Source: Hyphomonadaceae bacterium
GTDB taxonomy: Bacteria; Pseudomonadota; Alphaproteobacteria; Caulobacterales; Hyphomonadaceae
Direction: 5' to 3'
DNA: 64,000 nucleotides
Assembly (NCBI GenBank): GCA_027485145.1
Contig: JAIXRO010000103.1
Span: 37,244 to 101,243 of the forward strand
In this document: positions 9,347-17,994 of the stretch, piece after piece
Position numbering within the stretch: the stretch's first letter is position 1
Layout: each line of letters begins with the position of its first letter
The notes under the pieces: model-generated
Told to the model about the DNA's origin: nothing
Seen by the model: the letters and a program-made list of their open reading frames with translations, nothing else
Databases searched by the model: none
Translations under genes and position numbers: made by a program

Positions 9347-9365
9347 TGGGGCACTGGTGGGGCAC
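9347..9365 (+). repeat. Direct repeat TGGGGCAC x2 (11-bp period), candidate integrase arm-binding sites
   Basis: Copies at 9347-9354 and 9358-9365, between the att core and the int start. Confidence 0.5.
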
Positions 9366-9424
9366 AGAAACTATGCTAGTATCCACAGTCTAAACAACAT
9401 TTGTGTGGAAATAGGAATTTCTTC

Positions 9425-10759
9425 ATGCCCCGGAAAGACCCTTCACGATCGGAGCAAACGCTCACAATTGCGCCCAGTCAAGCCACCCGCTCGAAGCAAA
9501 GCAGGCAAGGAACACGGCTCACTCAGCGCCTCGCAAGTGAAGCCAAGAAGAGCGGTGTGAAGCAGCGCATCGCAGATCATGAGGTGAAGGGTCTCTTCCT
9601 TCGGATCACGCCTACCGGCGCCAAAAGTTATGTCCTGCGCTATTCCCAAGAGGGCCGGCGCGGCGAAGCGGCAATTGGCGATGCGACGGCCATTACCCTG
9701 GTCGCCGCGCGAGCCAAGGCAATGGATCTGCTCAACTCACTGACGCTGCAGGGGATTGATCCGGTCCAGGCGAAGCAAGCGGCCATTGTCGCCGAACGCC
9801 AGCGAAAGAATGCCTCGTTCGCTGCCCTGACAGAAGCCTACTCCAAGGATGCTGCGCGCCGAAAACGGCCGAGGACGCTTGAGTATGAGGCCTGGCTTCT
9901 GGAGAAGCACATCCTGCCGAAGCTGGGCCAACGTCCGTATGCAGAACTGCGCCGCTCGGAGATCATCGCGTTCATTGAAGCGATCGGCGATAACACTGGA
10001 CAGGTTACCGCCAACCGGGCTCATGCGGTCATCCGTCAGATTCTGAACTATGCTTTGAAGCGCGATCTCATAGGTGCCAATCCGGCTCTCGGCATTGAGC
10101 GGATGTTTCCGGAAGTCTCCCGTGAGCGGATTCTCAATGAGAGCGAGATCCGCAAACTCTGGTCTTTTCTGGAGGCAGCCCGGGCCAATAGCGGTAAAGG
10201 TTTGGCGCCCGGGCAGCGGCTGGGCGAGCGGCCTGTCAACATCGTCTCTCCAGCGGTCGCAACGGCGCTGCAACTCTGCCTTCTGACATTGCAGCGCAGC
10301 GGCGAAGTCGCAGGCGCCCGGATCGAAGAATTCAGCTGGAAGGACCGGCTCTGGATCATCCCCGCCGATCGCATGAAGGGCAAACGCGCCCATGCCGTGC
10401 CGCTATCCGGTCTGGCCATGGAGCGCTTCCAATCCGCTTTCAAACTGGCCGGGGGAGATATCGCATTCAAGGACCGCTCGGGCGAATCCAGTGTCGATCC
10501 GAAACGCCTTACGCGCGCCATGAACCGCTGCTGCACGCACCTCGGACTCCTCAATGCGGGGCCACACGATCTGCGCCGCACGGGCCGCACGATGATGACC
10601 AGTGAAGAGGTCGGCGTGTCCTATGAAGTTGCCGAGCGGGTGATTGCCCATCTCTTCGGCTCAGCGGTAAGCCGGGTCTATGACCGCAACGAGTATCTCC
10701 GCGAAAAGCGCGCCGCGCTGGATCGCTGGGAAGAGGTCCTCCTCAAGATCGTAGGGTGA
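9425..10759 (+). CDS. Tyrosine recombinase/integrase with N-terminal arm-binding domain (P4-like)
   Basis: GLFLRITPTGAKSYVLRY arm domain; catalytic LQRSGEV (R), HDLRRT (H..R), IAH, and VYDRNEY (Y). Confidence 0.95.
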   Translation: MPRKDPSRSEQTLTIAPSQATRSKQSRQGTRLTQRLASEAKKSGVKQRIADHEVKGLFLRITPTGAKSYVLRYSQEGRRGEAAIGDATAITLVAARAKAMDLLNSLTLQGIDPVQAKQAAIVAERQRKNASFAALTEAYSKDAARRKRPRTLEYEAWLLEKHILPKLGQRPYAELRRSEIIAFIEAIGDNTGQVTANRAHAVIRQILNYALKRDLIGANPALGIERMFPEVSRERILNESEIRKLWSFLEAARANSGKGLAPGQRLGERPVNIVSPAVATALQLCLLTLQRSGEVAGARIEEFSWKDRLWIIPADRMKGKRAHAVPLSGLAMERFQSAFKLAGGDIAFKDRSGESSVDPKRLTRAMNRCCTHLGLLNAGPHDLRRTGRTMMTSEEVGVSYEVAERVIAHLFGSAVSRVYDRNEYLREKRAALDRWEEVLLKIVG

Positions 10760-10777
10760 CGCCGGAGTCCTCCTGGC

Positions 10778-11974
10778 TCACCGCTCCAGCCCCTTCCCGG
10801 CTGATCTCGCTTGCGTGCGCTCCTGGGCTTCGCGCTGGAGACGCTGCTGCTCGAGCAGCCGTTTGCGGATATCGAGATGCAGCTCCATGCCTTTCAGCCG
10901 GTCCTGCCAGTCCGGCTCGAAGGTGAGGACGCCGCGCTTCGTTTCTGCGGCAAGCCGCATGCCGGCGAGTTCGCGCGCGCGGGCCCGCAGCGCCCGGGTC
11001 ACAGCGCGGTCGCCGTTCGGCGACATGAGGCTGCTGACGCGGATGCTCGCGTGTTCCGGCAGTTGGTCAGCAATCATGCGGTCGAGCCTTGTCGGCGCAT
11101 GGCGCATCACCTCGCGGTCAAGCGCCTCTCGCGCCTGATCACGCGTGCGCGCGCCCAGCCATTCGGTTGCCACATCCCGGGCAATGTTCCGGAACCCATG
11201 CCGGATGAAGTCTTTCGGAATGACGAGGTCTTGTCCGTTGGCGCGGCGCCCGCGCAGGATAATGTGGGTATGCGAATGGCCCGTATCATGATGGTCGGCC
11301 GCGACCCAGGTGAGACGCGAGCCAAGCTGGACTTCGGCCCGGGCCATCACTTCCCGCGTGTAGGCCGGCAGGTCTCCGATTTCATCTCCGCGCTCAGCTG
11401 AAAGGATCAGCCGGAAGTGCCGCTTGTCGGACTTGGCCCATTCGGCGGCGCGGGCTCCGCCGTCGACACCTTCATGCTCCCGGTCATAAAAAGCGCGGCG
11501 CCCCTGCTCGCCTCTTGCGAGATAGTCTGCGTGTGCGCGCGCTTCGCTCTGGACCGCCTCGCGCCCCTCGGAAACTGGCCCCTGCTCAATCGCTACCTCT
11601 CGGTCTTCCGGCCTTGCCGCGTCACGCGCGACATAGCGGGCGTGAGCAGCAAGCGCGCCGCCGCCTCCGCCTGAGTGATTGAAGTAATGGATCTTGATCA
11701 CGGCCTGCTGGCGCATATCAGGCGCTGGTCCCTCGCCCGGCCCGCCTACATTGCGGCCTGTCGGTCCGGCGCGGCCCGCCCGTCCGGACGGCGGCTTCGC
11801 TCCGCCGCTCGCGCCGTGTCCTGCGCGGCGCGAGCGGCCGACCTCACCTTCCAGTATCTCCTTGTCGGTGCGCGAGAGCTGACGCTGACCGCGCATGCCG
11901 AAAGTCTCGCCCCGGTTCGCCGTTGACGCGAGCCGTGATGAGACGAGCAACTGGTCCAGGCTTCGTGTCGGCAT
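10778..11974 (-). CDS. MOB-P/VirD2-like relaxase
   Basis: QQAVIKIHY, HARYVARD (catalytic Y), HFRLILSAE and ADHHDTGHSHTHIILRG (HUH 3-His motif). Confidence 0.92.
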   Translation of the reverse strand: MPTRSLDQLLVSSRLASTANRGETFGMRGQRQLSRTDKEILEGEVGRSRRAGHGASGGAKPPSGRAGRAGPTGRNVGGPGEGPAPDMRQQAVIKIHYFNHSGGGGGALAAHARYVARDAARPEDREVAIEQGPVSEGREAVQSEARAHADYLARGEQGRRAFYDREHEGVDGGARAAEWAKSDKRHFRLILSAERGDEIGDLPAYTREVMARAEVQLGSRLTWVAADHHDTGHSHTHIILRGRRANGQDLVIPKDFIRHGFRNIARDVATEWLGARTRDQAREALDREVMRHAPTRLDRMIADQLPEHASIRVSSLMSPNGDRAVTRALRARARELAGMRLAAETKRGVLTFEPDWQDRLKGMELHLDIRKRLLEQQRLQREAQERTQARSAGKGLER

Positions 11975-12095
11975 GGCTCACGCGTCTCCACTCAACGAAA
12001 AAGATCCGCTGGCGGATGGACTAATCTCGCGGGTCGTCGCGCGACCTGTGAGCAATGCCATGACCTGCGAAAACTCCCGCGCCGACCGGCGTCTC

Positions 12096-12128
12096 GCGTG
12101 ACCGCAGGTCACGCCTTTATCTTGCCCT
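12096..12128 (+). other. Predicted oriT: inverted repeat plus MOB-P-type nic site
   Basis: GCGTGACC-gca-GGTCACGC (12096-12114) followed by TATCTTG|C (12118-12125), resembling RP4 TATCCTG|C; lies directly upstream of the relaxase. Confidence 0.65.
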
Positions 12129-12227
12129 CCAACCTTCATACGGCCCTCCATCCCACAGAGCCTAGCACGTACACGGATTAGAGGATTCTTCCTTCACCTA
12201 GCAGGCGACGCTGAACCGCTCGCTCGT

Positions 12228-12731
12228 TCAGGGAAACTTGCGCCAGGTCCCTTCGATGTCCGCAGCCGATATGACGCCCCAGTAACGTCCATCGAAGCTG
12301 AGCGGATCATCACCGAGAAGGAAAACCTCGCCCTCCTTGAGCGTCTTGCAACCGGACCACTGAGGTAAAGCGATACCGGCCGAATCCATTTGAGACACGG
12401 CGGCAACACGCACGTCATTGATCATGATCTGACCATTCTCGGAACAGACCCGGTCCCCGGGAAGCGCGGCAACCCGTTTCAGGAAACGGTCCCCCGCCGC
12501 CTTCACATGACCAGCCTCGACATAGGCGAGGTCGACGGCGCGCACCGGGATTGTAACCACAGCGCCTCGCTCAATTTGCGCGTCAACCCAAATGTAAAAG
12601 CCAGGCTCGAGAGAGGCCGAAGGGTTGTAGAGGACCACGTCCTGCCTGCTGAGCGCCGCAAAGCTTAGCGCTGCAACCGCAATGGCGGCTGCGCCAAGAC
12701 TCGCGCGTGAGGAGAGGGATCGAGGCTTCAT
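12228..12731 (-). CDS. traF: S26 family conjugative signal peptidase TraF
   Basis: YNPSASLEPGFY, FLKRVAALPGDRVC, VFLLG...SFDGRYWG. Confidence 0.92.
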   Translation of the reverse strand: MKPRSLSSRASLGAAAIAVAALSFAALSRQDVVLYNPSASLEPGFYIWVDAQIERGAVVTIPVRAVDLAYVEAGHVKAAGDRFLKRVAALPGDRVCSENGQIMINDVRVAAVSQMDSAGIALPQWSGCKTLKEGEVFLLGDDPLSFDGRYWGVISAADIEGTWRKFP

Positions 12732-12856
12732 TGACCCCGGTCTGCGCAAGTCCCGGGCCATAAAGCGGTTGCACACGCGGCAAAGAGAGATAGCCTTAAC
12801 CGGCTCGGAAGCGCGGCCTATTTATGTGGGGCCAGTCTAAGGAATGCAGTATGCCG

Positions 12857-13090
12857 ATGGCCCGAAGCCGGACTTTCAGAAGTGGGAACAGCGAAGCTGT
12901 CCTGCTGCCGGAAGATGTCGCTTTCGGAGACGGCGTCGAACTGATGATCGTGCGCTCCGGCGACGTGATGACGATCTATCCGGCCCGGATGACGGTCACG
13001 ACCATGCTTGAGCACCTGCAGGCGCTGCCGGCACCGTCGGAAATCGAAATCCGCGAGACCGACCTCCTGCGAGAGCCGGAGGCTCCATAG
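12857..13090 (+). CDS. vapB: AbrB/MazE-fold antitoxin (VapB type), no cognate toxin downstream
   Basis: MARSRTFRSGNSEAVLLPEDVAF matches the VapB N-terminal F.SGNS.AV.LP motif. Confidence 0.85.
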   Translation: MARSRTFRSGNSEAVLLPEDVAFGDGVELMIVRSGDVMTIYPARMTVTTMLEHLQALPAPSEIEIRETDLLREPEAP

Positions 13091-13178
13091 CTCTCTTCCA
13101 CACCGGCTGCGTGGTCAACATTGATACATCTTATCCCAGTTTACAGATTTTCGATAACTTAGCATAACATCCCTCAAT

Positions 13179-14357
13179 ATGGACCTCCGACTCAATCCCT
13201 ATGCCCCGGGCGCCGGCGCACCGCCGCCTGAACTGGCCGGACGTGACACGCTGATCGAGAACGCGAGTATTGCGCTTGACCGCATCCGCGCAGGACGCGC
13301 TGCGAAAAGCCTCATCCTTGTCGGCTTGCGCGGCGTCGGAAAAACGGTGCTGCTGAACCGGATCCGCAATGACGCATCAGCGGCGGGGCACTTCACCATC
13401 TGGATCGAAGTGCCGGAAGACAGGTCGCTGCCCGGCGTCCTCGCGCCCGCCTTGCGGGCTGGCCTCCTTAAGCTGGACCGGATGGCGGGCGCGGCGAGCA
13501 GCGCACGCAAGGCGCTGCGGGCGCTCGCCGGGTTCATCGGCGCGATGAAGGTCAAGTACGGTGATGTCGAGGTTGGGCTCGACATCGATAGCGAAGCTGG
13601 CCTTGCCGATACCGGCGACCTTGATGCTGATCTCGCCGACCTCCTCGAAGCCGCGGGTGAAGCCGCCCGTGACCGCAAGACCTCTCTGGTCCTCTTTCTC
13701 GATGAGCTCCAGTATGTGCCTGAAGCTCAGTTTGCAGCTTTGATTTCTGCGCTCCACCGCTGCGCGCAGCGCCAACTCCCGGTGACGCTCGTCGGGGCGG
13801 GACTGCCTCAGTTGATTGGCCTCTCAGGCCGAGCCAAGAGCTACGCCGAACGCTTGTTCGAGTTTGTCTCTATTGGCGCCCTGGACCCGGACGCTGCGAG
13901 CGATGCCCTGGTCGCCCCTGCCCGCGCCTTGAACGTTGACTACACAAAGGACGCCCTCGCCGAAATCTTTGAACAGACAGAGGGCTATCCCTATTTTCTG
14001 CAGGAATGGGGCAAGCATGCCTGGGCAACAGCAGATGCCTCGCCAATAGACCTGGGAGACGCAAAGCAAGCGACCCTCGATGCGCTGGGCGAGCTCGACG
14101 CCAGCTTCTTTCGTGTGCGGCTCGACCGTCTGAGCCCGGCCGAGAAACGCTACCTTCGCGCTATGGCTGAACTTGGCCCGGGACCGCATCGTTCAGGTGA
14201 CATCGCAGCGATGCTCACACGCAAGGTCGCGACCGTCGCGCCCATTCGCGCGAGCCTTATCGCCAAGGGGATGATCTACAGCCCCAGCCACGGCGACACA
14301 GCCTTTACGGTCCCCCTGTTTGACGCGTTCCTGAAACGGACGCTTCCGCTCGAATAG
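13179..14357 (+). CDS. AAA+ family ATPase with probable C-terminal winged helix
   Basis: Walker A GLRGVGKT, Walker B LFLDE, GYPYFLQ; C-terminal LSPAEKRYL...IRASLIAKGMIY. Confidence 0.85.
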   Translation: MDLRLNPYAPGAGAPPPELAGRDTLIENASIALDRIRAGRAAKSLILVGLRGVGKTVLLNRIRNDASAAGHFTIWIEVPEDRSLPGVLAPALRAGLLKLDRMAGAASSARKALRALAGFIGAMKVKYGDVEVGLDIDSEAGLADTGDLDADLADLLEAAGEAARDRKTSLVLFLDELQYVPEAQFAALISALHRCAQRQLPVTLVGAGLPQLIGLSGRAKSYAERLFEFVSIGALDPDAASDALVAPARALNVDYTKDALAEIFEQTEGYPYFLQEWGKHAWATADASPIDLGDAKQATLDALGELDASFFRVRLDRLSPAEKRYLRAMAELGPGPHRSGDIAAMLTRKVATVAPIRASLIAKGMIYSPSHGDTAFTVPLFDAFLKRTLPLE

Positions 14358-14388
14358 CAAAGGCTTTCACATCCGCACTTGACCCGCC

Positions 14389-14421
14389 CAAAGCCGCCCC
14401 AGAGTTTCCTCCGGGACGGCT
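14389..14421 (-). terminator. Hairpin after DUF736, likely intrinsic terminator
   Basis: Minus strand AGCCGTCCCGGAG-GAAA-CTCTGGGGCGGCT followed by TT. Confidence 0.55.
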
Positions 14422-14441
14422 CGGCTCAGGTAGATGAAGGG

Positions 14442-14765
14442 CTATTCCTTCGGGTTCCAGAGGATCACGTGCCGGCCTTTCTTGCCTTTGACGGGGGCGA
14501 GGTTCGCGAAGATCTTGCGGGGTCCGATCTGCGGGTCGGCGAGCGTGATCGAGAGGTATTCCCGGCCTGATTGCTTTGCCTTGCGCATCCAGCCACCGCC
14601 GATTTCGGTCGAGGTTTCTCCGGCGAAGATGCGGTAGTCCGGCTGACCGTCTCCGGCTTTTTCCGCATTCTTCTCGATGCGGATGGCAGCTGACAGGTTC
14701 ATCATTGCGAGGCTGCCTTCGAAGCCGGTCTTGGTTTCGGTGACATATCCGAGTGCGTTTGCCAT
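14442..14765 (-). CDS. DUF736 family protein (ICE/plasmid backbone)
   Basis: MANALGYVT, QPDYRIF...EIGGGW, GREYLSITLADP, ILWNP; GGAG RBS upstream. Confidence 0.9.
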   Translation of the reverse strand: MANALGYVTETKTGFEGSLAMMNLSAAIRIEKNAEKAGDGQPDYRIFAGETSTEIGGGWMRKAKQSGREYLSITLADPQIGPRKIFANLAPVKGKKGRHVILWNPKE

Positions 14766-14841
14766 GGGGGGTCTCCTTTTCGTTTCCTTGGCTGTCTTCC
14801 GGGAACCCCTTGTTCCCGTCGACGCCGGACCGAAAGGACGG

Positions 14842-14978
14842 CCTGCACCGGGCCTGAACCCGAAGGGGCGTAGCGCAACGGAGCACCTGACCGGCGATGA
14901 ATTTTGATGCCGCGCGAGGAATGCGCCGCAGGCGCAGGGGAAAATTCTTCGCAGGGCAGGTTTCAGGCCCGGCGCAGG
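14842..14978. promoter_or_regulatory. Long nested inverted-repeat structure upstream of DUF736
   Basis: 14842-14858 pairs with 14962-14978 (16/17); GAATTTT 14899-14905 pairs with AAAATTC 14941-14947; inner hairpin TGCGCC-gca-GGCGCA. Confidence 0.6.
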
Positions 14979-15223
14979 TCGTCCAGGTCCAACGGCAAGA
15001 GACGGAAACAAGGGGGCCGCGAGAGGCAGGCTCCCGGAACGAATGAGGCCCCTCACCCTGCAACGCAGTCTGTTGTCGCGGAAGAAACCAAGGCCATTTT
15101 GAACAGCATTTCTAGCGCCTTGAACCTGCTGCACTTTGATCCGCACACAGAGACCCTCGCGCAAAAAACCGCCCGGCGGCAAGCACCGGGCGGCTCCCTT
15201 CTGCCTGAGAGGAGACGAAAAGC

Positions 15224-16993
15224 TCAGGCAGCGGTGGCTTCATGGGACAAAGGTTCGGCGCCGGTTTCCTGCTCCGCATCCGCCTCGAACAGTCCCGCAA
15301 CCCGGTCCCACGCATCGGCAGGCGGACACGCTGCGCCCTCGATCTGGCGGGTCGGCGGCACCTGCATCCAGCCGGGACGCCAGCCGGGATCAGGCGCACA
15401 TCCTTCGCCGCTGATCCGGTTTGCCAGCACCGTCTTCTGCGCCTTCGCGGTATCGGTCGCGCAGGTCTCGGCAAGGGACGGTGACCTGATATCGGCCACC
15501 ATCGCATTGATCACCCGTTTGTCGCGCAGCAGGTCAAAGAATGCGTCATCCGGCTTCCAGAACTCACCCGGATCGGCGCTGCAGGCATGCAGCACCGCCT
15601 CGACGGCTGGCCCGCCTGAGTCCAGCGTGTCCGCCATCGCAAGTGCCATCACCTGCATCACTTTGGCGTCGGACATGGCCAGCAAAGCGGCGAAGGTTTC
15701 GCACAGGTGATAGGCGTCGCCACTCCGGCGCGGCACAGGCGCACCGAGTGCCTCGAACAGGGCCTCCACGCCTTCGCGCGTGGCGCCAAATGCAATAGCA
15801 GCAGTGCCGCCCGCGACGCTCGCAAGTGTCGCTTCCTTTATGGCGCCCGGATGGTGGAGCCGGACGTTCCAGAGTCCGGAACCGCACAGCGCATGCGCCG
15901 CCATAAGGCGCAGCGCGATGGCCGGGTTCCGGACAAGGCTTGCCTGCGCAGCGGCGTGCCGGTGCAGTCCGATATAGTCCGCCATCGGGCCAGACATTTC
16001 AGGGCGCGTGTCTAATTCCGGCACCGTTTCGCCGCTTGCCTTAGCCGTCCTGGACTTGCGGGCCTCAGCCGCCTTGAGCCAACCTTCGTGGAACGTCACC
16101 GTGCCATCATGGCGCTGCTCGACGATGACCTTGCCGCCCTGCTTCTTGGTCGTTTGGACATACTCCCAGCGCTGGAAGTATGCGCCGCGCTCCATCAGGA
16201 TCACATCGGTCCAGCCGCGCTGCCGGTAGCCATCGACGCGTTCAGCGATCACGGCACCCTGCGCCTCCCAGAATGCTGCAGCATCAGAAAACACCGCCGT
16301 CTCGCCGAACAGGTCGGCGGTCACCGCGCCGGTGTAACCAGCGAGGTCGAACAGCGCCTTGTCGGTCGTGATCGCACTACCGCCGGTGATCCACGCGCGG
16401 CAGGACCGCCCCATCGGGGCGCGCTCTGACTCGCTGTTCCAAAGGTTCAGCCAGTCGGCCTGCTGGGCAGGCGTGGCAAGCGTCAGGGCTCTGATGGTCT
16501 CCCGGTCGATCTCCTCATCGGCATAGAGCTTGCGGATCGGGGCGCTCAGCGCTGCCAGCGCCAGCACGCGTCGTACGTTCAGTTCTGTCACGCCGAAGAA
16601 CCCCGCAATCTCCTCGACGGCTCTTCCCTCGTCGTGAAGCTTCCGGAATGCCGTGTACTGTTCCATCTCGGTGGCAGGCAGGCGCGCCACGTTCTCGATG
16701 ATGGACGCTTCGATGGCGGAGGCTGCATCGCCCTCGAGCATCACCGCGCAGGGCACCAAGGGATCACTGCCGGTCTCCTTCGCAATCTGCTGAAGTGCAA
16801 AGAACCGGCGGCGCCCGGCGACGATGCCGTAGCCGCCCGCTTCACGCCGCACGAGCAGGGTCTGGCGGAGGCCCTTCTCTCGGATGGACGGCAGGATGTC
16901 GGAGACATCCGGCGTCTTTCGGCCATGGCGCATGTTGAGTTTGGAAATGCTGAGCTGGCTCAGCGGCAGGTGGATCAGGTCAGGTTGTGACAT
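15224..16993 (-). CDS. ParB/RepB/Spo0J-domain protein (long ICE/plasmid type)
   Basis: LSKLNMR, GLRQTLLVR, IVAGRRRF and ASIIENVAR motifs, then an HTH; start MSQPDL with GAGGAG RBS. Confidence 0.92.
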   Translation of the reverse strand: MSQPDLIHLPLSQLSISKLNMRHGRKTPDVSDILPSIREKGLRQTLLVRREAGGYGIVAGRRRFFALQQIAKETGSDPLVPCAVMLEGDAASAIEASIIENVARLPATEMEQYTAFRKLHDEGRAVEEIAGFFGVTELNVRRVLALAALSAPIRKLYADEEIDRETIRALTLATPAQQADWLNLWNSESERAPMGRSCRAWITGGSAITTDKALFDLAGYTGAVTADLFGETAVFSDAAAFWEAQGAVIAERVDGYRQRGWTDVILMERGAYFQRWEYVQTTKKQGGKVIVEQRHDGTVTFHEGWLKAAEARKSRTAKASGETVPELDTRPEMSGPMADYIGLHRHAAAQASLVRNPAIALRLMAAHALCGSGLWNVRLHHPGAIKEATLASVAGGTAAIAFGATREGVEALFEALGAPVPRRSGDAYHLCETFAALLAMSDAKVMQVMALAMADTLDSGGPAVEAVLHACSADPGEFWKPDDAFFDLLRDKRVINAMVADIRSPSLAETCATDTAKAQKTVLANRISGEGCAPDPGWRPGWMQVPPTRQIEGAACPPADAWDRVAGLFEADAEQETGAEPLSHEATAA

Positions 16994-17004
16994 GGGATAG
17001 CTCC

Positions 17005-17256
17005 TCAGAATGGAAACAGGTGTTGGGGCGCAAGGGCGAGGCCCAGCCGCCACGGCGGCAGGTGCCAGTTGATCGGCACGTACGGCGCGCCGAAGAAATC
17101 AAGCGAGGCATCCGCTGCGCTGGCGCCGAGATCAAAATCCCGGATCGTTACATTCGGGCAGCGGCCTTCCACCCAGATGGCGGTGACAAAGCCCTGCTCG
17201 ATGTCGAGCGTCAGCGATGGGCGCGGGCCGAGGAGCTGTTCGAAGATGTCCGGCAT
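17005..17256 (-). CDS. Hypothetical protein, 83 aa
   Basis: Stop/start coupled with the upstream ORF at 17256; GGAGGG RBS; co-oriented in the ardA-parB operon. Confidence 0.65.
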   Translation of the reverse strand: MPDIFEQLLGPRPSLTLDIEQGFVTAIWVEGRCPNVTIRDFDLGASAADASLDFFGAPYVPINWHLPPWRLGLALAPQHLFPF

Positions 17257-17771
17257 CAGGCGCCCTCCATCGCTTGCACATGCGCGGCGAGCCGAATGAG
17301 CGTTTCACGGGCTATAGCAACGGCCTCGGGGAGCAGTTCGTTCGCGACCTCTGTGAGGTAGCTGTTATCCGTTCCCGGATAGTTGGCCTCGATGCCCCAG
17401 AGGCTCGCCGCGTGGGATGCGAGCATCACGCCCTCCAGAGAAACGGACAACACGATCCCGCAATAGAACCAGTCGCCCTTGCGCCAGCCTTCCATGACGG
17501 CTTCAGCCTTGGCCTGCGCCTCGGTGAAGCGCTGGCGATGGTTTGGCCCGTTCGGCGGAGAATTGGTCCCCCGGACCAATTCCTGATCCGCCTCACCAAT
17601 GAGCCCCGGCGCATCGGCATAGAGCGAGGGCCAAAAACCGTCCTGGCGCTGATCGGGCGCGTCCGGACAATCGTCCGGTACAACCTGCGCCAAGACGGCG
17701 AAAGGCTCGGCCTCGCAGGTGATGACATCACCGGGGCAGACATAGGATTGGAAGCCTTGAGCGAACATCAT
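17256..17771 (-). CDS. Hypothetical protein, about 171 aa, acidic
   Basis: ATGA overlap with the upstream ORF, GGAGGG RBS, protein-like composition (W..GDWFYCGIV, SLWGIE). Confidence 0.75.
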   Translation of the reverse strand: MMFAQGFQSYVCPGDVITCEAEPFAVLAQVVPDDCPDAPDQRQDGFWPSLYADAPGLIGEADQELVRGTNSPPNGPNHRQRFTEAQAKAEAVMEGWRKGDWFYCGIVLSVSLEGVMLASHAASLWGIEANYPGTDNSYLTEVANELLPEAVAIARETLIRLAAHVQAMEGA

Positions 17772-17980
17772 GCTTCGCCCTCCGCGTACAGGCCCGCTAT
17801 GGCGATCCAGTGCGGGCCGTAGACAGCCCGCTCGCCGCATTCGTCGCATTCATAGCCGCTCGCGTCCGGCTCGCAGCCGTCACGCGGGGCGCGGCAGGCG
17901 AGGCAAAAGCCCTCGGACCAGTCGTCCGCCTGCTGCAGTTCCTCGAGGGTGAACCGGTGCTTGGTGGTTTCGGGAGTCAT
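17768..17980 (-). CDS. Small zinc-ribbon-like protein, 70 aa
   Basis: CLAC...CDECG paired CxxC motifs; GGAGGG RBS directly after ardA. Confidence 0.75.
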   Translation of the reverse strand: MTPETTKHRFTLEELQQADDWSEGFCLACRAPRDGCEPDASGYECDECGERAVYGPHWIAIAGLYAEGEA

Positions 17981-17994
17981 GTCCGCGCCCTCCC

